Shown: positions 1-10,595, numbered from the stretch's first letter. The stretch is 64,000 bases of DNA from an uncultured Gemmatimonadales bacterium (GCA_963716255.1 OY970303.1:3552001-3616000); one strand, 5' to 3'. The notes: a model not told the origin generated them from the sequence alone. Translations and numbers: made by a program.

Positions 1-802
1 GAGTCATCCGGGAGGAGTATTGTGGGATCGCTAGGTCGAAATGTGTTATAGTTGTTCCCGGCTCATAGGACTTAAGAGATGTATATGGGATTTGGGCGAC
101 ATTCCCGTGCGAGTTAACCAAAAAATCATATCGTCCGTTCTTGTTTTTGGCAGGGTCTAAGTCCCTAAATAGAACGAAAGTAACTGCAATGTAGTCATGT
201 TCTCCCTTGGAGAGCAGATCCTTGTGCCGTCTTGAGACAAGCAGCGTTCCTTCAGGGGAGAAGGCCAGTGCAGTGGACCCGCCTTGTCCATAGGCACCCG
301 CGAGGTAAGGCTTATCGATCTTGTTAGATTCTCCTAAGCTAAGAACCGTGTGTGGTATGAGTTGCGAGGTCAGACCAATTCCCCGGTCGCGGATAACTAC
401 TGTCGGGGTCTTCGGACTTGATCCCGTATGGAGGGCGACTACCACATTGTCGGCAAGATCCTGTCGGTCCCTTATCTCCAGGTTGCGGACGCGGCCCGAA
501 GGGACTGAAAACCAGGTTTCGACTGCCTCGCGTGGCGTGCGAGGCATGCCCGGACTGCCAGGCTGGATTCCACGTCGAGAGGCCTCCCGCTCTAGGACAG
601 CATCAATCGCATTTGTGATTCTCTCAATGAGAGCTAATCCTGGATCGCTTCCGATGTTGATGGACCCATAATTTCCCTCTCGGTTTCCAACCGGCCGCCA
701 CAGATATCCATAGTGTGAGATCAGGTGATTTATAACCTCGTGCACCTCTCCCAAGTTTCGGGACTGCGTTAATCTCACGAGGAGGTTTTTTTCAGATTCC
801 AT
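1..802 (-). CDS. GHKL (HATPase_c/MORC-like) ATPase-domain protein, 3' end runs off the window
   Basis: Not in the ORF track. Manual translation from ATG at 802 stays open to base 1: MESEKNLLVRL...WRPVGNREGNYGSI...LALIERITNAIDA (N box)...IRDRGIG (G1)...AGAYGQGGS (G2)...PGTTI. Lower GC than the rest of the window. Confidence 0.75.
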   Translation of the reverse strand, partial: MESEKNLLVRLTQSRNLGEVHEVINHLISHYGYLWRPVGNREGNYGSINIGSDPGLALIERITNAIDAVLEREASRRGIQPGSPGMPRTPREAVETWFSVPSGRVRNLEIRDRQDLADNVVVALHTGSSPKTPTVVIRDRGIGLTSQLIPHTVLSLGESNKIDKPYLAGAYGQGGSTALAFSPEGTLLVSRRHKDLLSKGEHDYIAVTFVLFRDLDPAKNKNGRYDFLVNSHGNVAQIPYTSLKSYEPGTTITHFDLAIPQYSSRMT

Positions 803-1117
803 CGTTGTCGTCGCGTGTTCTGTTTGGATTGATCCGAATCATCTCGGTCGGACAAACGGCTCGCATGTTAACACCTCGGTTCAGATCACGCGAGATGGGT
901 CCCTCATATTGTTCGGCGCTTCCTCCTCGCAGGCCTGTGCCTTCATCGTTTCTCTTCTAGCGATCCACAACGCGCAAATTGTCAACGACGTCACAATCTG
1001 CTTCTCGATCATAGCGTCTCTTGCGGTTGCAGGTATCTTTCCAAATGTTGTCACATCCGCGGCGGACGCCGAGGTCGGCTACTTATGGGTGCGCCACTTT
1101 CAACTTGCGAGGTCACG

Positions 1118-2806
1118 ATGGCTGGAGCGAGGATCCAAGGTCGTGAGCAACCGATTGGTAAGATTTTCAGTGATGACTTCGCCTTCGAAATTCCCGACTA
1201 CCAGCGACCCTATTCGTGGACCAATGAGCATGCAAGCCAGCTCCTGGGAGATCTCCGTAACGCCCTTGCAGATGTCGATGGTCCTGTCGACAGTGCAGCG
1301 CCCTACTTTTTGGGAAGCATCGTGCTTGTCAAAGAGGATGAAAATCCCAAAGCACCTATCGTGGATGGACAGCAACGACTGACGACGATGACCATTTTAC
1401 TCGCAGCCATTCGCCGTGTGCTGGGAAGGGAAGGCGGTGATCTAACCGAATTTTTGTATGAGCAAGGTAATCAGATCAAGGGAACTCCTAATCGTTATCG
1501 TCTGCGCCTGCGCGAGCGGGACGATCACTTCTTCCGCACCTATGTCTTGGAGGCTGGCGGAATGGAGAAGATCGAGCAGCTCGACACTGCCCAGCTTCCT
1601 GATAGTCAACGGAACATCGTTGCGAACGCACGACACTTCGTGGATGAACTCGGGATGATGATGCCGGACGAGGTCACGCGTCTCGCCCAGCTACTGGTGA
1701 CTCGCTGCTTTCTCGTCGTAGTGTCCACTCCGGATCTGGACTCTGCTTACCGGATTTTCTCAGTTCTCAACGATAGAGGCCTGGATCTCTCCCATGCTGA
1801 CATCCTGAAGGCCGAAGTGGTTGGCAAAATGCCGGACGATTGGTCACGGCAGCAGTACACGCGACGCTGGGAAGATGCAGAGGAGGCGCTTGGTCGAGCT
1901 GCTTTTGGCGATTTGTTTGAGCATATTCGAATGATGTACCGGAGGCAGAAGGCGAGAGAGTCGGTTTTGAAGGAGTTCCGCGAGTACGTTGCCAAGCAGC
2001 ATTCACCCAAGGACTTGATCGACTATGTCATCATCCCGTCGGCTGATGCGTATGGGATCATCAGAGCCGCGTCGTTTGAGGGTTCCTCAGGGGCTGAAGA
2101 GGTGAACGATTTCCTGCGCTGGCTGAACCGCCTCGATAACAAGGACTGGGTGCCGCCAGCTGTATCATTCCTGTCGAAACATCAGAGCGACTCCGCGACA
2201 CTCCAAAAATTTCTTCGTAGCCTGGAGCGGCTTGCCGCTGGCATGATGGCACTCGGCTACAACGTCAATCGCCGTATCGAGCGCTATGCCAGACTGCTCG
2301 CAGAAATCGAAAACGGGGATGACCTTTGGCGGTCGGAGTCGGCAATGCAGCTAACCGAGGAGGAGCGAATCGGAGTCCTTCGAGAGCTCGACGGTGATGT
2401 ATACGAATGGCCCCCCCAACGCCGCGTATACGTACTTCTTCGTTTGGAGACACTCCTCTCTGGCCACCGTTTGTTGCATGAGCACACTCTGGTTACAGTG
2501 GAGCATGTGCTCCCACAGAATCCGAGCGGCGGCAGTGAATGGCTCTCTTGGTACCCCGCTGACGCAGAGCGTAAGAAGTGGGTTCACCGAATCGCCAACC
2601 TGGCTCTGTTGACAAGGCGGAAAAACGGGGCCGCACAGAATTATGATTTCGGTAAGAAGAAAGAGGTTTACTTCACGCGTCCCGACATCCCTCCGTTTGC
2701 TATCACGGGGCAGGTGCTGAAGCACGGAACCTGGGAGCGTGGTGTCTTGGAGGCGCGCCAGGCGGAACTCGTCTCAATGCTCGCGGATGAATGGGGGCTC
2801 TCTTGA
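1118..2806 (+). CDS. DUF262 + DUF1524 (GmrSD-like) putative modification-dependent restriction protein
   Basis: N-terminal IPDYQRPYSW, YFLGSIV, VDGQQRLTT and FSVLNDRG motifs (DUF262); C-terminal VEHVLPQ...NLALL...N HNH-like motif (DUF1524). Alternative start at 1085. Confidence 0.85.
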   Translation: MAGARIQGREQPIGKIFSDDFAFEIPDYQRPYSWTNEHASQLLGDLRNALADVDGPVDSAAPYFLGSIVLVKEDENPKAPIVDGQQRLTTMTILLAAIRRVLGREGGDLTEFLYEQGNQIKGTPNRYRLRLRERDDHFFRTYVLEAGGMEKIEQLDTAQLPDSQRNIVANARHFVDELGMMMPDEVTRLAQLLVTRCFLVVVSTPDLDSAYRIFSVLNDRGLDLSHADILKAEVVGKMPDDWSRQQYTRRWEDAEEALGRAAFGDLFEHIRMMYRRQKARESVLKEFREYVAKQHSPKDLIDYVIIPSADAYGIIRAASFEGSSGAEEVNDFLRWLNRLDNKDWVPPAVSFLSKHQSDSATLQKFLRSLERLAAGMMALGYNVNRRIERYARLLAEIENGDDLWRSESAMQLTEEERIGVLRELDGDVYEWPPQRRVYVLLRLETLLSGHRLLHEHTLVTVEHVLPQNPSGGSEWLSWYPADAERKKWVHRIANLALLTRRKNGAAQNYDFGKKKEVYFTRPDIPPFAITGQVLKHGTWERGVLEARQAELVSMLADEWGLS

Positions 2807-2850
2807 GCTGCTGTTCTGGCTGACACTCCAATACCAGAAAGCAGGCAAGT

Positions 2851-3357
2851 GTGATTGACGATCAGAAGTTGCACGAGGCGGAGGACGCAGCGGCGGCTGC
2901 CCTCCGCGACAACTCCGCGATCCGCCAACTGGAGCCCGAGCGCGGCTTCCACGCCTGCTTCGAGGTCCCCGTCACCCTCCGCGAAGTCCTCGCCCACGGC
3001 ATCCCGGTGGACCACCTCCCCGCCGCTGACGTCGACGGCGAGGCCGAGGACCCGGAGCGCATGGACGCCGAAGGTGACTTCCGCGTCTTCGTTGCCGTTA
3101 CGCTGCACGCCGAGCCCGACGGCAAGCTCGGCGTGGCGACCGGCGTCGACCTGGAGTTCCTCGCGCACCTCCTCGCCAGCCCGCACACCGAGTGGCTGAG
3201 CGCCACCCGCATCCGCGATCCGGAAACCGGCGAGTGGGTGCAGACCGCCCCCCCGGCCGCCGTCCAGCACCTGCTCCACGACACGTGTCCCGGCTGGAGC
3301 GAGGTGGTCCGCGCCGAGGTGGTCCGGCTCGCCCTCACCCGACAGAGCCAGCCGTAA
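2851..3357 (+). CDS. hypothetical protein
   Basis: 168-aa ORF with host-like GC3 bias; no motif recognised. Confidence 0.55.
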   Translation: MIDDQKLHEAEDAAAAALRDNSAIRQLEPERGFHACFEVPVTLREVLAHGIPVDHLPAADVDGEAEDPERMDAEGDFRVFVAVTLHAEPDGKLGVATGVDLEFLAHLLASPHTEWLSATRIRDPETGEWVQTAPPAAVQHLLHDTCPGWSEVVRAEVVRLALTRQSQP

Positions 3358-3388
3358 AGCACGACCCTTAAACTGCCAGCACAGGTCT

Positions 3389-3604
3389 ATGAGCCGCGAT
3401 TATGACGTGCTGATCGAGCGGGATTCGGAAGGCTGCTACGTGGCGTCCGTTCCCTCGCTCCTGGGGTGCCATACCCAGGAGACGTCGCTGGACGAGCTGA
3501 TGGAGCGCGCCCGCGAAGCGATCCAACTCTGCATCGAGGTGGAGGGAGAGCCCGCTGATGCGCTGGACTTCGTCGGTGTCCAGCGCATCACCGTCCCGGC
3601 TTGA
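3389..3604 (+). CDS. HicB-family antitoxin (no adjacent HicA)
   Basis: YDVLIERDSEGCYVASVPSLLGCHTQETSLDELMERAREAI is a typical HicB-like N-terminal pattern. Confidence 0.8.
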   Translation: MSRDYDVLIERDSEGCYVASVPSLLGCHTQETSLDELMERAREAIQLCIEVEGEPADALDFVGVQRITVPA

Positions 3605-3611
3605 CTCCCGC

Positions 3612-3896
3612 ATGAGGGACCTGAGTCCAGAAGCCCGGATCGAGATCCCGCACGACCGGATCGCGGAGATCTGCCGACGCCACGGGATCCGCAGGCTCGC
3701 CCTGTTCGGCTCCGTGCTGCGCGACGACTTCGGCCCGGACAGCGAAGTGGACGTGCTGGTGGAGTTCGAGCCCGGCCGCACCCCCGGGTTCGCTTTCATC
3801 GCCATTCAGGACGAGCTGTCCACGCTTCTCGGACGGAAGGTGGACCTGAACACGCCGAACGACTTGAGCCGCTACTTCCGGGACGAGGTGGTCTGA
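3612..3896 (+). CDS. MNT-type nucleotidyltransferase antitoxin, probably truncated by a premature TGA
   Basis: LALFGSVLRDDFGPDSEVDVLVEF (GS-x10-(D/E)xD). The frame continues after the TGA as GAHVLYGS* (to 3923), which resembles the usual family C-terminus. Confidence 0.8.
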   Translation: MRDLSPEARIEIPHDRIAEICRRHGIRRLALFGSVLRDDFGPDSEVDVLVEFEPGRTPGFAFIAIQDELSTLLGRKVDLNTPNDLSRYFRDEVV

Positions 3897-3959
3897 GGTG
3901 CCCACGTGCTGTATGGTTCCTGACGCGATCCGCCTCCGCCCGCCACCGGGAGCCCACCC

Positions 3960-5018
3960 ATGCCCGAAACCTTCCTCCTCTACGGCTCCTACGGTTACAC
4001 CGGCCGCCTGATCGCCGCCCGTGCCCTGGAGCGCGGCATTCGCCCCGTGCTCGCCGGCCGCAGCGAGGCCCCCCTGAAGCAGCAGGCCGCCGAGCTTGGC
4101 CTCCCCTGGCGCGCCGTGGCGCTGGACGACCCCGCCGCGCTCGACGCCGCCCTGGCCGACGTGCCCGTGGTGCTGCACGCCGCCGGGCCCTTCGTCCGCA
4201 CCGCGCGTCCCATGGCCGAGGCCTGCCTGCGCACCGGCACCCACTACCTGGACATCACCGGCGAGCTCGCCGTGTTCGAAGCGCTCGCCGCCCGCGACGC
4301 CCAGGCCAAGGCGGCCGGCGTCATGCTCCTCCCCGGCGTGGGGTTCGACGTGGTCCCCACCGACTCCCTCGCCGCCCACCTCAAGCGGCGCCTCCCGGGC
4401 GCCGTCCGCCTGGCGCTCGCCTTCCAGCCCGTGGGCGGCGGGCTGTCGCACGGCACCGCCACCACCATGGTGGAGAACCTGGCTGCCGGCGGCGCCGTCC
4501 GGCGCGGCGGGCGCATCGTCCCCGTCCCCGCCGCGTACCGCACCCGGCGCGTCGACTTCGGGCGCGGGCCGGTGGAAGTCACCACCATCCCCTGGGGCGA
4601 CGTGTCCACCGCCTTCCACAGCACCGGCATCCCCGACGTGGAAGTGTACACCCGCGTTCCCGCGCCCGCGCGGAGGATGATGGTGGCCTCGCGCTACCTG
4701 GGGTGGCTGCTGGGCTCCGGGCCCGTGCAGCGCGTCCTCAAGGGGCGCATCGACGCCGCCTCCCCCGGCCCCACCGACGAGGAGCGCGCGCGGGGGAAGA
4801 GCCTGCTGTGGGGCGAGGCCGAGGACGCGGCCGGGGGGCGCGCCGCAGCGCGCATGCAGGCGCCCGAGGGGTACACCCTCACCGCCGTGACCGCCGTCGG
4901 CGCCGCCGAGGAAGTGCTCGCCGGGCGCGCCCTGCCCGGCTTCCGCACCCCCTCGCAGGCCTTCGGGCCCGACTGGATCCTGGGGTTCGACGGCGTGACC
5001 CGCGAGGACCTGCCCTGA
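3960..5018 (+). CDS. saccharopine dehydrogenase-like NAD(P)-binding oxidoreductase
   Basis: LLYGSYGYTG Rossmann motif, AGPF, YLDITGE, GVGFDVVPTD. Confidence 0.85.
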   Translation: MPETFLLYGSYGYTGRLIAARALERGIRPVLAGRSEAPLKQQAAELGLPWRAVALDDPAALDAALADVPVVLHAAGPFVRTARPMAEACLRTGTHYLDITGELAVFEALAARDAQAKAAGVMLLPGVGFDVVPTDSLAAHLKRRLPGAVRLALAFQPVGGGLSHGTATTMVENLAAGGAVRRGGRIVPVPAAYRTRRVDFGRGPVEVTTIPWGDVSTAFHSTGIPDVEVYTRVPAPARRMMVASRYLGWLLGSGPVQRVLKGRIDAASPGPTDEERARGKSLLWGEAEDAAGGRAAARMQAPEGYTLTAVTAVGAAEEVLAGRALPGFRTPSQAFGPDWILGFDGVTREDLP

Positions 5019-5056
5019 GCGGACGTCCTTCCACCCGGGTTTCGACGGCGGGGTTC

Positions 5057-5180
5057 GGGCGTGCCCCCGCTGGCGCGGGGTCGGGCTTCGGCTCCGTAAG
5101 CCCGCAAACAACGCGGGCTAACGGAGTCGAGCCCCGCAAACTGCGCGGGTCTCGCCCCTTCGGGCCGTAATCCCTCACGC
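5057..5180 (+). repeat. family-A structured repeat, copy 1
   Basis: GGGCGTGCCCCC...GGGGTCGGGCTTCGGCTCCGT[stem]AAACAAC[stem]ACGGAGTCGAGCCCC..AAACTG..GGGTCTCGCCCCTTCGGGCC..ATCCCTCACGC; nine copies in the window. Confidence 0.95.
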
Positions 5181-5309
5181 GACGGCGCCCCCCTCCCCCC
5201 GGCCCCCTCCCCCGCAAGCGGGAGAGGGGGAGCACTGCACGCCATCGGTGTCGTCCCGGTCTCCGCGGGCCGGGACGCCACCGCTCGCATCCTCCAGCCC
5301 CGCACGGCC

Positions 5310-6173
5310 ATGACCGCCAGCCGAGACCTGCCCCGCGTCGACCTCGCGCACGCCTCCGGCGCCCGCGCCGCCGTGTACCTCCAGGGCGCGCACGTAGCCA
5401 GCTGGATCGATGCCGCCGGCACCGAGCGGCTGTTCGTCAGCGCGCGGTCCCGGTACGAGGCCGGCGCCGCCATCCGCGGCGGCATCCCGGTGATCTTTCC
5501 CCAGTTCGCGGACCAGGGGCCGCTCCCCAAGCACGGCTTCGCGCGCACCGCCGCGTGGGAGCACGCGGGGAGCGGCACGGACCCGGACGGCGCTGCCTGG
5601 GCGCTCCTTCGCCTGGCCGACACGGACGCCACCCGCGCGCTCTGGCCGCACGCCTTCCGCGCCGAGCTGCGCGTGGCGCTGGGCGCGCACTCGCTCGCCG
5701 TGGCCCTGCGCGTCGTCAACACCGGCGGCGGCACCCTGGTCTTCACCTGCGCGCTGCACACCTACCTCCGCGTGGACGACGTGCGCGGCGCCGTGGTGGA
5801 GGGGCTGCGCGGCGTGCGCTACCTGGACAAGCTGGAGGGGGGCGCCGCCTTCACCGAGGAGCGCGGGGCCGTGGAGGCGGCCGGGGAAGTGGACCGCGTC
5901 TACGTGGGCGCGCCGGACCGGCTGCGGGTCCGCGGCGCCGCCGGCGGGCGCGCGGTGCGGCTGGAAAAGGAGGGGTTCCGCGACGCCGTGGTGTGGAACC
6001 CGTGGGCGGAAGGCGCCCGCGCGCTCCCCGACATGGCCGACGACGAGTACCTGCGCATGCTCTGCGTGGAGCCCGCGAACGCGGCGGAGCCCGTCCACCT
6101 CGCCCCCGGGGAGGCGTGGACCGGGACCCAGCGGCTGCGCGTGGAGGCCGCCGGGGGCGATCCGCCGGGCTGA
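5310..6173 (+). CDS. D-hexose-6-phosphate mutarotase (glucose-6-phosphate 1-epimerase family)
   Basis: GAHVASW, AIRGGIPVIFPQF, HGFAR, ALHTY, VVWNPW and MLCVE motifs. Confidence 0.9.
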   Translation: MTASRDLPRVDLAHASGARAAVYLQGAHVASWIDAAGTERLFVSARSRYEAGAAIRGGIPVIFPQFADQGPLPKHGFARTAAWEHAGSGTDPDGAAWALLRLADTDATRALWPHAFRAELRVALGAHSLAVALRVVNTGGGTLVFTCALHTYLRVDDVRGAVVEGLRGVRYLDKLEGGAAFTEERGAVEAAGEVDRVYVGAPDRLRVRGAAGGRAVRLEKEGFRDAVVWNPWAEGARALPDMADDEYLRMLCVEPANAAEPVHLAPGEAWTGTQRLRVEAAGGDPPG

Positions 6174-6293
6174 CCGGCCGGCCCGGCTTCCCCTGGCGAA
6201 GCGCGCCGCCGCGCTGTATTTCACAGCACTATCCCCAGGACGCTTCCACCGGCCGGGCACCCTCCCGGCCCGCTCCGCCCCGAGAGGAAATCC

Positions 6294-9200
6294 ATGACCC
6301 GCAGGCGGCCCGTCGCCCCGCTCCGAGCGCCCCTCCCCGGCCTTGCCCTGGCCGCGCTGCTCGCCTCCGGCGCCGCGCCGGCCCCGCTGCACGCCCAGCG
6401 CGAGGGACCCGCGCAGCCCGGGATCACCGTGTTCGACCCGGCGCGGTTCACCTCCATGCGCTACCGGATGATCGGCCCCGCGCGCGGCGGCCGCGTCACC
6501 ACGGTGGCCGGCGTGCCCGAGCAGCCGCACACCTTCTACATGGGCACCACCGGCGGCGGCGTGTGGAAGACCACCGACGCGGGCGACACCTGGCTCAACG
6601 TGTCCGACGGCTTCTTCGAGGCCGCTTCCATGGGCGCCATCGACGTCGCCCCCTCCAGCCCGGAAGTGGTCTGGGCCGGCACCGGCTCCGAGGGGATCCG
6701 CAGCAACGTGTCCACCGGGCGCGGCATCTACCGCAGCGCCGACGGCGGCAGGACCTGGAGCTTCGCCGGGCTGCGCGACGTGGGGCAGATCGGGGGCGTG
6801 CGCATCCACCCGCGCGACCCGGGCACCGTGTTCGTGGCGGCCACCGGCAGCGTCTTCGCCCGCAGCCGCGAGCGCGGCGTCTTCCGCACCCGCGACAACG
6901 GGCAGACGTGGAAGAAGGTGCTCTTCGTCTCCGACAGCACCGGCGCGGTGGACGTGGAGCTCCAGCCCGGCAACCCCGACGTGGTCTACGCCAGCATGTG
7001 GCGGGGCGAGCGCAAGCCGTGGACGGTCATCAGCGGCGCGCGCGAGGGCGGCATCTACCGCAGCACGGACGGCGGCGACACCTGGACCAGGCTGGGCGGC
7101 GGGCTCCCCACCGGGCTCTTCGGCAAGAGCAACATCGCCGTGACCGCCGCGAATCCACGCCGCGTCTACGCGCTGATCGAGGCGAAGCCGGGCGGCGGGC
7201 TCTACCGCTCGGACGACGCGGGGGACACGTGGACGCAGGTGAGCGACAACGCGCAGCTCGTCACCCGCCCCTTCTACTACACCAACATCACCGCCGACCC
7301 CACCAACGCCGACGTGGTGTTCGTGGGCACCGAGGGCTTCTACCGCTCCGAAGACGGCGGGCGCACGTGGAGGACGCTGCGCACCCCGCACGGCGACAAC
7401 CACGACCTGTGGATCAGCCCGCGCGACCCGCAGGTTTGGATCCAGGCCAACGACGGCGGCGCAAACGTCACCCTGAACGGCGGGCGCACCTGGTCCACCC
7501 AGTACAACCAGCCCACCGCCGAGATCTACCAGGTCTTCGCCGACAGCCAGTTCCCCTACCGCGTCTACGGCGCGCAGCAGGACAACTCCACCCTCATCGT
7601 CCCCTCGCTGCCGCTGTCGCAGTCGTCCCCCGACGACCCCATCCAGTCGTGGCGCGCGGGGCCGGGGTGCGAGACCGGGCCCATCATCCCGCACCCCACC
7701 CACCCCGACACCGTCTACGGCTCGTGCAAGGGGCAGTTCTCCCGCATGAGCCTGCGCAGCGGGCAGGAGAAGCAGTACTGGGTGGGGGCCGAGTCGCTGT
7801 ACGGCGACCCCGGGAACACGCTGACCTACCGCTTCCAGCGCGTCTCGCCCATGGAGATCTCGCCGCACGACCCGCGGGTGATCTACTACGGCTCGCAGTA
7901 CGTGCACCGCACCACGGACGAGGGCGTCACCTGGGACCGCATCTCCCCGGACCTCACCGCCCACGAGGCGAGCCGCCAGGTCCGCTCCGGCGAGCCCATC
8001 ACCATCGACGTCACCGGCGAGGAGTACTACAGCACCCTGTACGCCATCCGCGAGTCGCGGCTGGAGGCCGGCGTCATCTGGGCCGGCGCCAACGACGGCC
8101 CCATCCACGTCACCCGCGACGGCGGGCGGAGCTGGACCCGGGTGACGCCGCGCGGGCTGCCGCCCGGGGGGCGGGTGCAGACCATCGAGCCCTCGCCGCA
8201 CCGCAGGGGATCGGCGTACGTGGCGGTGCTCCGCTACCTGCTGGGCGACTTCCAGCCGTACATCTACCGCACCGACGACTATGGACGCACCTGGACGCGG
8301 CTGACCGACGGGCGCAACGGGATTCCCGCCGACCACCCCACCCGCGTGGTGCGCGAGGACCCCGCCCGCGAGGGGCTGCTGTACGCCGGGACCGAGTTCG
8401 GGATGTTCGTGTCGTTCGACAACGGCCGCGCCTGGCAGCCCTTCCAGCTCAACCTGCCTGTGACCCCGGTCACCGACCTCCAGGTGCACCGCGGCGACCT
8501 GGTGGTCGCCACCCAGGGGCGCTCCTTCTGGATCCTGGACGACCTGGCCCCGCTGCACCAGCTCGGCGACCGGCTCCCGGCCCAGGCGCACCTCTTCCGG
8601 CCGCGCGAGGCCTTCCGCATGCGCTACTCCGCCGGCTTCGGCGGGGTGGAGTCCGCGCGGAGCGGACCGGACCAGCCGCAGTACCCGCCCGCCGGCGCCA
8701 TGGTCGACTACTTCCTCCCCGACACGGCGGGGGTCGTGACGCTGGAGGTGGTGGACGCGGCCGGCGCCGTGGTGCGCGCCTTCAGCAGCGAGGGCCCGGG
8801 CGAGCGCCTGCGCGAGCCCGAGCAGCCGGGGATGCGCGCCCCCACCATGGAGCGCGTGGGCACGCCGCGGCTCCCGCGGCAGGCGGGGCTCAACCGCTTC
8901 GTGTGGGACCTGTCGCTCCCCGGCCCGTGGGACGCCAACCCGCAGCGGAGCGGGCGCAACGGGCCCATGGCGCTGCCGGGGCGCTACACGCTGCGCCTCG
9001 CGGCCGGCGGGCGCACGCAGGAGCAGCCGCTGGAGGTGAGGACGGACCCGCGGGTGGCGGCGGACGGCGTCACCGACGCGGACCTGCGCGAGCAGGTCGC
9101 CCACAACCTGCGCGTGCGCGACCTGGCGAGCGACGCCAACCGGCTGGTGGCGCGCGTCCGGCAGGAGCGGGAGCGGAGCCCCGCCGGCTCCGACCGGCTC

Positions 9201-9410
9201 CGCCGCCTGGAAGCGCTGGAGGCCAGGCTGGTGGCCGAGCCGGTGCGCTACGGCCGCCCCGGACTCCAGACCCACATCGGCTACCTGTACGGGCTCACCA
9301 TGCAGGCGGACCAGAAGGTGAGTCGCGACGCCGCCGAGCGCTACGCCGTGCTGCGCCGCGAGCTGGACGAGCGCCGGGCGGAGCTGGACGCCGCCCTGGC
9401 CGGGGCGTGA
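6294..9410 (+). CDS. secreted BNR/VPS10-repeat beta-propeller protein (glycosyl hydrolase-like)
   Basis: Signal peptide, IGPARGGRV start, many SxDGGxTW repeats, HGDNH. Confidence 0.85.
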   Translation: MTRRRPVAPLRAPLPGLALAALLASGAAPAPLHAQREGPAQPGITVFDPARFTSMRYRMIGPARGGRVTTVAGVPEQPHTFYMGTTGGGVWKTTDAGDTWLNVSDGFFEAASMGAIDVAPSSPEVVWAGTGSEGIRSNVSTGRGIYRSADGGRTWSFAGLRDVGQIGGVRIHPRDPGTVFVAATGSVFARSRERGVFRTRDNGQTWKKVLFVSDSTGAVDVELQPGNPDVVYASMWRGERKPWTVISGAREGGIYRSTDGGDTWTRLGGGLPTGLFGKSNIAVTAANPRRVYALIEAKPGGGLYRSDDAGDTWTQVSDNAQLVTRPFYYTNITADPTNADVVFVGTEGFYRSEDGGRTWRTLRTPHGDNHDLWISPRDPQVWIQANDGGANVTLNGGRTWSTQYNQPTAEIYQVFADSQFPYRVYGAQQDNSTLIVPSLPLSQSSPDDPIQSWRAGPGCETGPIIPHPTHPDTVYGSCKGQFSRMSLRSGQEKQYWVGAESLYGDPGNTLTYRFQRVSPMEISPHDPRVIYYGSQYVHRTTDEGVTWDRISPDLTAHEASRQVRSGEPITIDVTGEEYYSTLYAIRESRLEAGVIWAGANDGPIHVTRDGGRSWTRVTPRGLPPGGRVQTIEPSPHRRGSAYVAVLRYLLGDFQPYIYRTDDYGRTWTRLTDGRNGIPADHPTRVVREDPAREGLLYAGTEFGMFVSFDNGRAWQPFQLNLPVTPVTDLQVHRGDLVVATQGRSFWILDDLAPLHQLGDRLPAQAHLFRPREAFRMRYSAGFGGVESARSGPDQPQYPPAGAMVDYFLPDTAGVVTLEVVDAAGAVVRAFSSEGPGERLREPEQPGMRAPTMERVGTPRLPRQAGLNRFVWDLSLPGPWDANPQRSGRNGPMALPGRYTLRLAAGGRTQEQPLEVRTDPRVAADGVTDADLREQVAHNLRVRDLASDANRLVARVRQERERSPAGSDRLRRLEALEARLVAEPVRYGRPGLQTHIGYLYGLTMQADQKVSRDAAERYAVLRRELDERRAELDAALAGA

Positions 9411-9498
9411 GCCGGCACCTTCCGGGACAGCGGGTGTAGCAAGCCGCGCGATTTTTCGACCTTTTCCCGGGGAGATCCCCAGCAGAGCGAAGGAGCGA

Positions 9499-9717
9499 AT
9501 GGCAAAGCAGGAAGGAATCGAGGTCGAGGGGGTGGTCACCGAAGTGCTCCCCGACCGCAAGTACCGCGTCAAGCTGGAGAACGGGCACGTGGTCCTGGCC
9601 TACGGGGCCGGGAAGATGTCCAAGTTCAAGATCAAGGTGCTGGTGGGCGACCGGGTGACGCTGTCCCTTTCCCCGTACGACCTGTCGCGCGGGCGGATCA
9701 CGTACCGGCACAAGTGA
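9499..9717 (+). CDS. infA: translation initiation factor IF-1
   Basis: [18 protein letters not shown]...VKLENGH...GKM...GDRV...[22 protein letters not shown]. Confidence 0.97.
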   Translation: MAKQEGIEVEGVVTEVLPDRKYRVKLENGHVVLAYGAGKMSKFKIKVLVGDRVTLSLSPYDLSRGRITYRHK

Positions 9718-9745
9718 GCGGCGCCGCTCCCCCGCGGGGGAGCGC

Positions 9746-9784
9746 GAAAAGGGCCCTCCCGACGTGAGTCGGGAGGGCCCTTTC
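9746..9784. terminator. bidirectional intrinsic terminator between infA and the cold-shock gene
   Basis: AAAAGGGCCCTCCCGAC-GTGA-GTCGGGAGGGCCCTTT perfect hairpin between convergent genes. Confidence 0.85.
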
Positions 9785-9803
9785 AGGCATCCGGCGGCTG
9801 GAT

Positions 9804-10013
9804 TCAGCCGATCGGCGCGACGTTCTCGGCCGCGGGGCCCTTCTGGCCCTGGACGATGTCGAACTCGACGGCCTGGCCCTCCTTGAGGGACTTGAAGCCG
9901 CTGCCCTGGATCGCCGAGTGGTGCACGAAGCAGTCCTTCGCGCCGTCGTCCGGCGTGATGAACCCGTAGCCCTTCTCGTCGTTGAACCACTTCACGGTTC
10001 CGGTGGTACGCAT
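9804..10013 (-). CDS. cold-shock protein (CspA family)
   Basis: [15 protein letters not shown] (RNP1) and CFVHHSAI (RNP2); AAGGAG RBS. Confidence 0.97.
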   Translation of the reverse strand: MRTTGTVKWFNDEKGYGFITPDDGAKDCFVHHSAIQGSGFKSLKEGQAVEFDIVQGQKGPAAENVAPIG

Positions 10014-10212
10014 ACCGTACTCCTTTGGTGTTGGTCTTGTCAGAGGTCCGGTAGATCCGTACCAGCCGACCGCCTTTGTACTTAGCGGGTGATCACGCCC
10101 CCCGCGACGGGCGCTGCGAGCAAACGAAAAAGGACCGGGACGTTGAATGTCCAGGTCCTGTCCGCACACTGGATGGCCAGCCATTTTCGGCCGCGTTCAC
10201 TCACAAGTTTTG

Positions 10213-10241
10213 AGTATAACAGGGGCCGCGGAATCCTGCAA
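10213..10241 (-). promoter_or_regulatory. sigma-70 promoter of the cold-shock gene (gives a ~190-nt 5' UTR)
   Basis: Minus strand TTGCAG-N17-TATACT with extended -10 TGn. Confidence 0.7.
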
Positions 10242-10313
10242 GTGCGCGGATGAGCAGGACTCAGGCGGGCTGCTCGTCCGGCGCCGAATTCGGCATTTTT
10301 CAACTGTGGGTGA

Positions 10314-10532
10314 GGGCGTGCCCCCGGCTGGCGCCGGGGTCGGGCTTCGGCTCCGTAGAGCAGCAAACAACGCTGCTCAACGGAGTCGAGCCCCCGCAAA
10401 CTGCCGCGGGGTCTCGCCCCTTCGGGCCGAAATCCCTCACGCAACTACCTTCCCGCAATCAAGATCCAGCCGTTGCCCCCTCTCCCGGAATTGGGAGAGG
10501 GTGGCGAGCCTCAAGCGAGCCGGGTGAGGGCC
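10314..10532 (+). repeat. family-A copy 2 (10314-10442) fused to a linker and a CCCTCTCCC/GGGAGAGGG palindrome; ~220-bp composite
   Basis: The composite recurs inverted at 13828-14048, including GGGAGAGGGTGGCGAGCCTCAAGCGAGCCGGGTGAGGGCC. Confidence 0.9.
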
Positions 10533-10595
10533 GCGGTTGTCGTTCTCCTCTCCCCCTTGCGGGGAGGGGGTTCGCCGTTGCCGGCTGTTCCCTAA

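Noticed and set aside
321..1382. Plus-strand ORFs 321-671, 418-618 and 909-1382
   Set aside because: Antisense to or overlapping the motif-supported GHKL and DUF262 genes.
3894..3896. In-frame TGA in the MNT gene as selenocysteine
   Set aside because: Not a Cys-type catalytic position and no evident SECIS; a nonsense change is simpler.
5057..5180. Family-A repeats as tRNAs or simple terminators
   Set aside because: No T-arm/D-arm or CCA pattern, no U-tract, and orientation is independent of flanking genes.
5175..9572. 1465-aa minus-strand ORF and many other long Arg/Pro/Gly-rich ORFs in the track (e.g. 5555-9439, 33844-37179, 50552-53560)
   Set aside because: Shadow ORFs overlapping motif-supported genes, caused by stop-codon scarcity at very high GC.
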